Positions 27,099 to 34,861 of a stretch of DNA of 47,070 nt are shown piece by piece. Source of the DNA: Minisyncoccota bacterium (GTDB lineage Bacteria > Patescibacteriota > Minisyncoccia > Phycocordibacterales > SBAW01); the NCBI GenBank assembly GCA_035549255.1, contig DASZRD010000009.1, forward strand, positions 1 to 47,070, read 5' to 3'. The position numbers and the translations under genes are program-made. Below the pieces are notes generated by a model. It was not told where the DNA came from. It saw nothing but the letters and a program-made list of their open reading frames with translations, and searched no databases. The first letter of the stretch is position 1, and the number at the start of each line of letters is the position of its first letter.

Positions 27099-27115
27099 CA
27101 AGTTACTTGCTATAT
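27093..27115. repeat. 23-bp perfect-arm palindrome spanning a stop codon, the whole intergenic gap and the next start codon
   Basis: ATATAGCAAGT t ACTTGCTATAT with 11-bp arms. It covers the TAG at 27096-27098 and the first two bases of the ATG at 27114. Confidence 0.9.
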
Positions 27116-28700
27116 GTTCGCTGCGGGCGCTACACTGACTTTTATGTTATTGCTCAAAAGGTATAATCCGCTCGCGCCTATTCTGTTGGCTGCAGCGGCA
27201 CAGTTGTATCTCATTGCTAAGCCCCTCTCTTTTCTCATAACCAACATTCTCCCAGATGATGCCTTTTATTATTTCCAAATAGCGCACAATATTGCCTTCG
27301 GGCTCCACTCGACCTTTGACGGCGTCAATGCGACCAACGGCTATCACCCACTCTGGATGATCATACTGGTCGGCATATATAAGGTGTGGGGCACAGTGGC
27401 GACGGGGGACATGCTGCCGATACATATTGCGCTTCTCTTGAGCGTCGCGCTCAATGTGTTGACTGGCATATTCGTCTGGCGGATCCTCACGCACTTTTCA
27501 AATAACGAGTGGCTTGTCTTGGTGGGGGTCTTTATCTGGTCGCTCAACCCCTTCATGCTCTACGAGACCATTAACGGCCTCGAGACCTCGCTCTCGCTTG
27601 CGCTCTTTACACTCTTTTTCCTGTTCGCGCTACGCTTTGAGGAGGAGAAGGCTCCGCGAGACGTGCTTGCTGCGCTACTGATCGGCCTCATCGGCGGGCT
27701 TATGACCCTTGCCCGGCTCGACCTCGGGTTCTACTTCGCCGCATGGTGGATATGGATCCACGCACGTAACTGGAGGACTGCGTGGCCCTTGGCTCTTGAA
27801 GCAGGAGCAGGTGCGGTACTTGTCATATCGCCGTGGTTTATCTGGAATTGGGAACACTTCCATATGCTCCTTACCTCGGCATCGCGCGCGACCGACCTCA
27901 TCAACCATACGCTTATCTATCAGGACAACGGGCACGGCCTTGCGCAGACGATCAAAGCGATATTCTACAGCACTTACAATGGCGGGCAGCTGCTGCTGGA
28001 GCGCACGGGTGCCATGGTGCTGGCGCTTGTAATGCTTGGGGCAGGGGCTGCCTATGCTGCGGTCGGGCGATTGCGCATGCCCAAGCTGCGCGAATGGAGC
28101 GTATCTTCTGCGCTGCTCGGCGGCTTTATCGTCATGTTTCTACTCAACACGGCCGTGCGCTGGGGCGGAAGGCCGTGGTACTTTATGTCGCTCGAGCTCT
28201 TTGTAGCGATCGGCGCCGTGCTGATGCTTGAGCAATTCTTCCGCGATGTGCGATATAAGCGGCTCTGGGCTGCGGGGTTGTTCTTGCTTACACTCTTTTT
28301 TTTCGCCGTGTCATGGAGCAAGGAGCTGCGTGGGCAATACGCCAATCAGGCTGACATGTATTCGATGGCACAGTGGATGAATACCAATTTGCCAGCAGGA
28401 ACGATAGTTGGCACGTTCAACTCGGGCGTTGAAGGATACTTTTCGACCGTGCGCGTTGTCGACCTCGACGGGCTGGTGAATTACTCCGCGTATCAAGCGC
28501 TCGTGCAGCGCCGGCTCTGGTCGTATATCAAAGAAGAGAATCTGGCATATGTAAGCGACTGGCCGATATCGCTTAATTACCGGTTCAAGAGCTTCCTCGA
28601 TATCTCCGATGTCTTCTCGGGTCTTGAAGTAGTGCGCGCGGAGTCTGGAGACACGAGCGGGCGCTTTGAGGGCGGGCTCACGCTCTATAAGATCAAATGA
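27114..28700 (+). CDS. large polytopic membrane protein, GT-C-like, paralogue of 17939..19678
   Basis: The LPDDAFYYFQIAHNI motif follows TM1. Many TM helices precede a soluble C-terminal domain containing VVDLDGLVNYSAY. Confidence 0.7.
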   Translation: MFAAGATLTFMLLLKRYNPLAPILLAAAAQLYLIAKPLSFLITNILPDDAFYYFQIAHNIAFGLHSTFDGVNATNGYHPLWMIILVGIYKVWGTVATGDMLPIHIALLLSVALNVLTGIFVWRILTHFSNNEWLVLVGVFIWSLNPFMLYETINGLETSLSLALFTLFFLFALRFEEEKAPRDVLAALLIGLIGGLMTLARLDLGFYFAAWWIWIHARNWRTAWPLALEAGAGAVLVISPWFIWNWEHFHMLLTSASRATDLINHTLIYQDNGHGLAQTIKAIFYSTYNGGQLLLERTGAMVLALVMLGAGAAYAAVGRLRMPKLREWSVSSALLGGFIVMFLLNTAVRWGGRPWYFMSLELFVAIGAVLMLEQFFRDVRYKRLWAAGLFLLTLFFFAVSWSKELRGQYANQADMYSMAQWMNTNLPAGTIVGTFNSGVEGYFSTVRVVDLDGLVNYSAYQALVQRRLWSYIKEENLAYVSDWPISLNYRFKSFLDISDVFSGLEVVRAESGDTSGRFEGGLTLYKIK

Positions 28701-28701
28701 T

Positions 28702-29757
28702 ATGACGCGCATCCATGTCGCGCCGAAAGTCCCCGGCGAGCAGGTGCTCTTCCTGATCGAGTCATGGGAGAAGGATTTCACCCAGCATGATGACTCGACT
28801 ATCTTTAACAGCGCGCTTCCGAAAGATTGGAAGTACGAAGGCTTTACGCTCGATGCTGCGCCCGAGGAGGCCGACTATATTTTGGCCCCGCACGCGGTGC
28901 GCCGCATGGACGAGAAGGGCAGGAAATACGCCGACGACGTGCGCGCGTATGCGCGCACATACGGCAAGGAGCTCATTATCTTTACCGGCGGCGACCTGCA
29001 GCATGATGTCTTTATCGACGGCGCGATCGTGCTCAAAGGTTCGCAATACCGGCCGCTCCTGCGTTCCAACGAGATACTCGTGCCTCCGTTTGTCGAGGAT
29101 TTGGGCGATGCCCAGCCTATAGAGCTGCGCCGGAAGAGCGAGCGGCCTGTTGTCGCCTTCTGCGGCTACGCGGGCATTAATTCGACTGCAGGATGGGCTA
29201 AGTTTTATGTGCGCAATGCCTGGCTCGATATACAGGCACTGCTCGTGGGTGACCCGCTCATCCGTGCGTATAAGCGCGGGATCTACTTCCGCCGCAAGGC
29301 AATGCACGCGCTCGAGCGCGACCCGCGAGTGGAGACGCAATTCATTATTCGCAACACGTTCTCCGGCAATAAGAACCTTATCTCGCTCGACCCGGCGCGT
29401 GCGCGGCGTGAATATGTTGAGAACATGCGCGACTGCGACCTCATGCTCGCGCCCAAGGGCGACGGCAACTTCTCGCTGCGCTTCTACGAGGCGCTCTCGA
29501 TGGGGCGCCTGCCGCTCTTCGTAGATACTGAGACCGTGCTGCCGCTTGAGGATGTCATTGATTACTCGAAGTGTATGCTGCGCGTGCCATATGCCGACCT
29601 CGCGCGCCTGCCTGATATCGTAATGAATTTCTGGGACTCGCTGTCCGAGGAAGAATACGCCGCGATGCAGCGGCAGGCGCGCAAGGCCTTCGCGCGGTAT
29701 CTGCGCGTCGATTCCTTCTTTAGTTATCTGTTCGGGACGCGGCTCGCCCGTACATAA
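28702..29757 (+). CDS. exostosin-like (GT47-type) glycosyltransferase
   Basis: C-terminal block CDLMLAPKGDGNFSLRFYEALSMGRLPLFVDTETVLPLEDVIDYS. The ATG at 28702 follows the upstream TGA by 1 nt. Confidence 0.7.
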   Translation: MTRIHVAPKVPGEQVLFLIESWEKDFTQHDDSTIFNSALPKDWKYEGFTLDAAPEEADYILAPHAVRRMDEKGRKYADDVRAYARTYGKELIIFTGGDLQHDVFIDGAIVLKGSQYRPLLRSNEILVPPFVEDLGDAQPIELRRKSERPVVAFCGYAGINSTAGWAKFYVRNAWLDIQALLVGDPLIRAYKRGIYFRRKAMHALERDPRVETQFIIRNTFSGNKNLISLDPARARREYVENMRDCDLMLAPKGDGNFSLRFYEALSMGRLPLFVDTETVLPLEDVIDYSKCMLRVPYADLARLPDIVMNFWDSLSEEEYAAMQRQARKAFARYLRVDSFFSYLFGTRLART

Positions 29758-31000
29758 AAAGCCCGGCTGAGAGCGCGCTCGTAAGCGCGGCGGAGACAAC
29801 CTTGGCGCCTACAAGGCCCCATAGCCCCCAGGTGATGATGCCGCCGTAGAGGAGGATGAGCTGCAGGAGCGGCGAGATTATATTGTAAATATAGAGCTCG
29901 CGCGTATGACGCTGGGCCGTGAGCGCCGTGAGCGGAATATTGCCGACGACGGTGAGCATCGAGAGCGCGTAGAGGATTGAATAGGGCACCGACGGCTCGT
30001 ACTGCGGGAAAAATATCTGGAAGAATAGCGGCGCTACGATCATATACATGCCCGCGCCCAAGAGTACGACTGCGGTGAGCTGGATCAACTTGGGGCCAAG
30101 CGTGCTCCGGATCTCCTCACTCGATTTCTCCGAGAATTTTGGCAGCGCGGTGAGCGGCACGAATTTGAAGAGCCCAGCGAGTCGGTCGGGCACCGCCGTG
30201 GCGAACGAATAGAGCGCCAAGTCGACCGCGCCGAGGAAGTGGAATACCAGGATGCTGTCGAGCTGCGAGACAAGCATGGAGAAGACCCCCATGATTGTGA
30301 GGTGCTTGCCGTAACGCAGGGCTTCCTCGTCGACGCGATCGTTAGGCCGATATACCCTGATCGTCTTGCGATAAGCCCACGCGAGCATGATTGCGGTCGA
30401 GCCGAGATTGACCGCGAGCAGGACGACCGGATTCTTAAAGAAGAACGACGCGAGTATGAGGAGGGCGTAAAAGGGGATGTTGGTCGCGAAGTTGTAGAGA
30501 AAGACGCGCATAAAATCCTTCTTGCCAAGGAGGAAGGACATATACGTGTTGTACGTGTTAACGATGGGGGTGAGGAGCCCCACCAATATGAAGCCGATTG
30601 CAAGGGTATAGTTGCCTACGAAGGCGTAGTACGCGCCGCCCGCAAACGCGCCGAAGAACGACAGCAACCCCCACCGCAGCTGCACCGGGATCGACGCGCG
30701 CAAAGTGCCCTCGTACCCGCGCGCGACCGCCTGGCCGACGGCCGAGTTCATGCCCGAGAGCGTGAAGCCTCCCGCAATCGCGGTGATGGAGAGCAGGTAT
30801 TGGTAGTTGCCGTAGACGTCCTTGGGCAGGAAATGCGCAAACGCAACATATAGGGCGAGCGAGAAGAGAGAAATGCATATCGAGGAAAGCGTGATCCAAA
30901 AGCCGCCGCCCGCGAGATACACCATGTCGGTTTTGGTATACCGCTCGCTCCAGCGCAGGAGACGCACGAGCCGTTCCTGCCATAATTCAATTACAGGCAT
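29720..31000 (-). CDS. Wzx-like oligosaccharide flippase (MOP superfamily polysaccharide biosynthesis protein)
   Basis: 426 aa with about 12 TM helices and a glycan-locus context. Its 3' end overlaps the convergent exostosin-like gene by 38 nt. Confidence 0.7.
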   Translation of the reverse strand: MPVIELWQERLVRLLRWSERYTKTDMVYLAGGGFWITLSSICISLFSLALYVAFAHFLPKDVYGNYQYLLSITAIAGGFTLSGMNSAVGQAVARGYEGTLRASIPVQLRWGLLSFFGAFAGGAYYAFVGNYTLAIGFILVGLLTPIVNTYNTYMSFLLGKKDFMRVFLYNFATNIPFYALLILASFFFKNPVVLLAVNLGSTAIMLAWAYRKTIRVYRPNDRVDEEALRYGKHLTIMGVFSMLVSQLDSILVFHFLGAVDLALYSFATAVPDRLAGLFKFVPLTALPKFSEKSSEEIRSTLGPKLIQLTAVVLLGAGMYMIVAPLFFQIFFPQYEPSVPYSILYALSMLTVVGNIPLTALTAQRHTRELYIYNIISPLLQLILLYGGIITWGLWGLVGAKVVSAALTSALSAGLFMYGRAASRTDN

Positions 31001-31053
31001 ACCACGATACTAGCACTTCCCCTGGTGCATGAGTATGTAAACCATGTGGGGTA

Positions 31054-31062
31054 TGCTATAGT
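31054..31062 (+). promoter_or_regulatory. extended -10 element TGCTATAGT, 7 nt upstream of the ATG at 31070
   Basis: TGnTATAGT with no Shine-Dalgarno sequence before the ATG. This supports 31070 as the start and a leaderless transcript. Confidence 0.5.
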
Positions 31063-31069
31063 TTCTGCC

Positions 31070-33307
31070 ATGTCATATACCACCTACCTGCGCTGGGGCG
31101 TGATCGGCGGGCTCATCCTTATACCTTTTGTCTCATTTATCGTCGCGACCGGCGGAATATTCCCCAATATGTTCTTCCCGTTCATCACAGGGAAGAACTT
31201 CGCATTCAGGATTTTGGTGGAAGCGCTTCTCCTTATATACGTTATTCTCGCGATGCGCGAGCCCAAGTACCGGCCCAAGGCGTCGCTCCTCATGTGGTCA
31301 GTCGGCATCTTCGTCGCATGGATGGCACTCGCGACGGTGCTGAGCGTCGACCCGATTAAGAGCTTCTGGAGCAACTTCGAGCGCATGGACGGCTACATTA
31401 CCGTCATCCATCTCTTCGCGCTCTTTATCGTCGCAGGCGCCGTGCTCTCGGCGGAGAAGGCGTGGGACATGCTCTTCCGCGCGTCTGTTATCGCGGGCGC
31501 CATACAGGGAGCCTATGCGCTTATGCAAGTTCTTCACCTCTTTGGCCTTGCGCCCTCTTCCCAAAGCGGCCCGCGCGCCGACACCTCCTTCGGCAATGCG
31601 ACCTACCTCGCTGTCTTCATGCTCTTTAATATCTTCTTGACGCTCTATATGCTCTCGCGCGAGTGGCGCAGCCTTACCGCGCGCACGCTTTATATTATTG
31701 CGCTCCTGCTCCAGCTGCCGGCGCTCTACTTCACCGAGACGCGCGGCGCGGAGCTGGGGCTGGTAGGCGGCCTCATAATCATGACGCTTTATATCGCCCT
31801 GTGCGGGCGCGGAGCGGAGCTGCGAAGGGCACGCCAGGCTTCGTTCGTAGGCATCGGGCTTATCGTCATATTGTTCGGGGGATTCTTCGCAATACGCAAC
31901 GCGCCGTTCGCCACCCATATCCCCGGTTTCTCCCGCCTTGCCTCGCTATCGCTCAGCGACCCGACCGTACAGGCGCGCCTCCAATTCATCTGGCCGATCG
32001 CAATCAAGGGCGGGCTCGAGAAGCCCATCACCGGCTGGGGGCAGGAGAATTTCAACTTCATCTTCAACAAGTATTACGATCCCGCGATGTACTCGCAGGA
32101 GCAGTGGTTCGACCGTGCGCACAACGAATTCCTCGATTGGTTCGTCGCGGGCGGCGTCCCAGCGGCCCTGATCTATATATCGTTCTTTGCGCTTGCCGCA
32201 TGGGCGATATTCAGGAGCGACGCGCTCTCGGTGCCTGAGCAGGCGATCCTGCTGGGGCTCCTCGCCGCGTACGCCTTCAATAACCTCTTCGTGTTCGACA
32301 ACCTTATGAGCATCGTGTACTTCTTCCTGATCCTTGCGTTCGTGCATAGTCTCTCGTGGAGGCCGCTCCCGCGCTTCATGGCCCTGTCGCGGCCGATGGG
32401 CGAGCATGGTATTGCGGTTGTTGCGCCGCTGGCCGCAGTCGTCATACTCGGCGGCATGTGGTACTTCAACGCGGACGCGATCGCCCGCGCGCAGACGCTT
32501 ATTGCGGCCATAGAGAGCAATGACCCCTCAACGGGCGCAGCTCGCACGCCCGAGCAAAGCCTTGCGGCATTCAAGACCGCGCTCGGGCAAGGAGAGCTGG
32601 GTTATCAGGAGACTGTCGAGCAGCTCTTCCAATACGCATCCAATACGATTGCGCCCTCCAGCTCGGTGAACCCGGATACGAAGCAGGAGTTCTACAACCT
32701 CACGCTTTCTGCCGGCAATACGCTCCTCGCGCAGCGCCCCAACGACGCGCGAATCGAGCTCTTCGACGGCATCTTCCTATCCCAATTCGGCCAATACGAC
32801 CAGGCGCTCGCCCATCTCCAGCACGCGGCGGCGCTTTCCCCGGACAAGCAGCAGATCCTCTTCCAGGAAGGGCTCATGTATGTGCAGGAAGGGGACACGG
32901 CAAGTGCGCTCCCTGTCTTGAAGAAGGCATTCGACCTCGCGCCAGATTACGACCAGGCGCGCATCATCTATGCGGGCGGGCTCTATTACGCCGGGCAGCA
33001 AGCCGCTGGGGACGCGCTTCTGACCGAGCGCTTCGGTACCACGACCGTAGACGATGACCAACTGCTTCAGTTCTACCAGAACACCAAGCAGTATGAGCGT
33101 GTCATTGATATCTGGAATCTCCGCGCGGCGAAGAATCCAGCCGACGCCAATACGCTCTACGGCCTTGCGTCGGCGTACTTCGCGGCGGGAAATACGACCC
33201 AGACGATCACGATCCTGCAGCAGATCATCAAGGACAACCCCTCGCTCGCAAGCCAGGTAGAGCCGATCATCACGCAGATCCAAAACGGCACGCTCAAGGC
33301 TCAGTAG
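31070..33307 (+). CDS. O-antigen ligase/Wzy_C family membrane protein with C-terminal TPR repeats
   Basis: A polytopic N-terminal part carries the YFTETRGAELGLVGGLI loop region. The C-terminal ~270 aa has TPR-like repeats (ALAHLQHAAALSPD, ALPVLKKAFDLAPDY, YGLASAYFAAGN). Confidence 0.8.
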   Translation: MSYTTYLRWGVIGGLILIPFVSFIVATGGIFPNMFFPFITGKNFAFRILVEALLLIYVILAMREPKYRPKASLLMWSVGIFVAWMALATVLSVDPIKSFWSNFERMDGYITVIHLFALFIVAGAVLSAEKAWDMLFRASVIAGAIQGAYALMQVLHLFGLAPSSQSGPRADTSFGNATYLAVFMLFNIFLTLYMLSREWRSLTARTLYIIALLLQLPALYFTETRGAELGLVGGLIIMTLYIALCGRGAELRRARQASFVGIGLIVILFGGFFAIRNAPFATHIPGFSRLASLSLSDPTVQARLQFIWPIAIKGGLEKPITGWGQENFNFIFNKYYDPAMYSQEQWFDRAHNEFLDWFVAGGVPAALIYISFFALAAWAIFRSDALSVPEQAILLGLLAAYAFNNLFVFDNLMSIVYFFLILAFVHSLSWRPLPRFMALSRPMGEHGIAVVAPLAAVVILGGMWYFNADAIARAQTLIAAIESNDPSTGAARTPEQSLAAFKTALGQGELGYQETVEQLFQYASNTIAPSSSVNPDTKQEFYNLTLSAGNTLLAQRPNDARIELFDGIFLSQFGQYDQALAHLQHAAALSPDKQQILFQEGLMYVQEGDTASALPVLKKAFDLAPDYDQARIIYAGGLYYAGQQAAGDALLTERFGTTTVDDDQLLQFYQNTKQYERVIDIWNLRAAKNPADANTLYGLASAYFAAGNTTQTITILQQIIKDNPSLASQVEPIITQIQNGTLKAQ

Positions 33308-33364
33308 CCGGTATGGTATACTAGGAGCGTGAGTCCAGGGCTGATGCGACTCCGACATTGTCGC

Positions 33365-33396
33365 GAAGAGTCCGCCGTAAGGCGGGCTTTTCGTTT
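33365..33396 (+). terminator. rho-independent terminator
   Basis: GAAGAGTCCGCC GTAA GGCGGGCTTTTC forms 12 bp including two G-U pairs, with a GTAA tetraloop and a U-rich 3' side. Confidence 0.7.
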
Positions 33397-33404
33397 GCTA
33401 TAAT
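33396..33404 (+). promoter_or_regulatory. extended -10 element TGCTATAAT
   Basis: Consensus TGnTATAAT lies immediately after the terminator, about 100 nt upstream of murB. Confidence 0.5.
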
Positions 33405-33504
33405 AAAGATTGGTGCGCTTCGCGTGGGGAGCGACTGCACTCACATTAAGACAATGTTTTGGAGCTCGCATCCGCTTCCCACACGGTGCACACCACTCTG
33501 AGTC

Positions 33505-34506
33505 ATGGAGCTAACAGAGCACATACCGCTCGCGCCTTTCACGACCTTCGGCATTGGCGGTCCCGCGCGGTACTTCGCTCGCGCGAAAGATATTTCGCAG
33601 TTGCAAGAAGCGCTGGCGTTTGCGAAAGAGAGGAATCTTAAAGTATTTTTCCTCGGCGGCGGTTCCAACTTGCTCGTCTCTGACGAAGGCTTTGATGGAC
33701 TCATTATCAAAATTGAACTCGCAGGCGTCGAGCAGGAAGGAGACACGATCATCGCTGCGGCAGGCGAAGGATGGGATGCGCTCGTCCTGCGCGCCACGCA
33801 AGCCGAGCTTTGGGGCGTTGAGAATCTCTCCGGTATACCGGGAACAGTAGGCGGAGCAGTCGTGCAAAATATCGGTGCGTATGGCGCGAGCCTCTCGCAA
33901 ACGCTCGCGTGGACGGAAGTGTTTGATACGACGACCAATACATTAAAAAGACTTTCCAATAATGACTGCCGCTTTGGGTACCGCGACAGTGTTTTTAAAA
34001 AAGAATCGGGCCGCTATGTCGTGCTGCGGGCGGCGCTCGCGCTCGAGCGAGATTCTGCGCCGAATATATCCTACAAGGACCTTGCCGCCCGCTTCGACGG
34101 CTCATCGGCAAGCTTGCCGCAGATCCGCGCGGCGGTGCTTGAGATACGCAAGAACAAATTTCCTGATCTTGCGGTCGAGGGCACGGCTGGCTCGTACTTC
34201 AAAAACCCGCTCATGCCGCGAGCCGAGGCGCTCAAGCTCCAAGAAAAGTATCCTGATATGCCGGTTTTCGATCTGCCTGAGTCAAGCAACATAAAAATTC
34301 CGCTCGCGTGGCTCCTCGACCGCGTACTTAATCTTCGCGGATATCGCGTAGGCAGCGCGCGGCTTTTCGAGAAGCAGCCGCTCGTCATCGTGGCGGACAA
34401 TAACTCGCGCGCAAGCGACGTGAAGCGGCTCGCGAGCGATGTAAGAGAAAAAATTCGCGCGGAGTTCGGCGTTATTGTTGAGCCTGAAGTGTGCGCGCTT
34501 GGGTGA
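33505..34506 (+). CDS. murB: UDP-N-acetylmuramate dehydrogenase
   Basis: FTTFGIGGPARYF and GGGSNLLVSDEGFDG (FAD-binding), plus GIPGTVGGAVVQNIGAYG and GSYFKNP. Confidence 0.9.
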   Translation: MELTEHIPLAPFTTFGIGGPARYFARAKDISQLQEALAFAKERNLKVFFLGGGSNLLVSDEGFDGLIIKIELAGVEQEGDTIIAAAGEGWDALVLRATQAELWGVENLSGIPGTVGGAVVQNIGAYGASLSQTLAWTEVFDTTTNTLKRLSNNDCRFGYRDSVFKKESGRYVVLRAALALERDSAPNISYKDLAARFDGSSASLPQIRAAVLEIRKNKFPDLAVEGTAGSYFKNPLMPRAEALKLQEKYPDMPVFDLPESSNIKIPLAWLLDRVLNLRGYRVGSARLFEKQPLVIVADNNSRASDVKRLASDVREKIRAEFGVIVEPEVCALG

Positions 34507-34660
34507 TAAAACCTGCCTCGGCGACAAGGCGGGAGTTATCCACACAATTTTTGATTTTTTCGTTGTATGTTCATTTTTAATAATCGATACTTGTAGGTAG
34601 GGCATCGAACATTTGTCAGCACGTCGTCCCTCGCGAGCGCGTGACAGGCAAGGTCGATCG

Positions 34661-34753
34661 ATGCATAACTTTAAGTGCGATCAAATCGCAAATTGTATGG
34701 CAAAGAAAAAGAAGGCAGCAAAGAAAAAGAAGGCCTCGAAGAAGCGCAGATAA
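34661..34753 (+). CDS. unlisted 30-aa polybasic mini-ORF (or 18 aa from the ATG at 34697)
   Basis: Translation MHNFKCDQIANCMAKKKKAAKKKKASKKRR. AAGG lies 7 nt upstream of the ATG. The ORF contains an 18-bp tandem duplication (gcaaagaaaaagaaggc x2) and is followed by a strong terminator. Coding status is unproven. Confidence 0.4.
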   Translation: MHNFKCDQIANCMAKKKKAAKKKKASKKRR

Positions 34754-34812
34754 CGCTTCCACAATCCGCAGCCTCAACCTGTAGGGGGCGCGGAATCCTC
34801 TCGAAAGAAAAG

Positions 34813-34838
34813 CCGTCTGTCCTGGGCAGACGGTTTTT
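34813..34838 (+). terminator. rho-independent terminator
   Basis: CCGTCTG tcctggg CAGACGG followed by TTTTT. Confidence 0.8.
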
Positions 34839-34846
34839 CTATTGTG

Positions 34847-34855
34847 TGGTATGAT
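34847..34855 (+). promoter_or_regulatory. extended -10 element TGGTATGAT, 6 nt upstream of the secA ATG
   Basis: TGnTATGAT sits directly after the terminator. No Shine-Dalgarno sequence precedes the ATG at 34862. Confidence 0.5.
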
Positions 34856-34861
34856 GCGCCC

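Noticed and set aside
28762-29799. 345-aa minus-strand ORF opposite the exostosin-like gene.
   Set aside because: It is antisense to a gene with a clear family motif. It would also collide with the Wzx-like gene. The sequence is Arg-rich and low in information.
33413-33514. Possible 33-codon upstream ORF (GTG 33413 / TTG 33410) starting right after the TGCTATAAT box and overlapping the murB start.
   Set aside because: Leaderless initiation normally needs AUG. There is no RBS, and the peptide (RFAWGATALTLRQCFGARIRFPHGAHHSESWS) has no features. It is kept only as a note under the murB-leader finding.
34536-34544. Perfect DnaA box TTATCCACA followed by AT-rich DNA between murB and secA, plus an 8/9 match CTATCCACA at 45506-45514. 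These raised the possibility of oriC.
   Set aside because: Each region has only a single box. There is no dnaA or dnaN nearby and no switch in gene orientation, since genes are on the + strand on both sides. GC-skew was not computable by eye. This is insufficient evidence for an origin.
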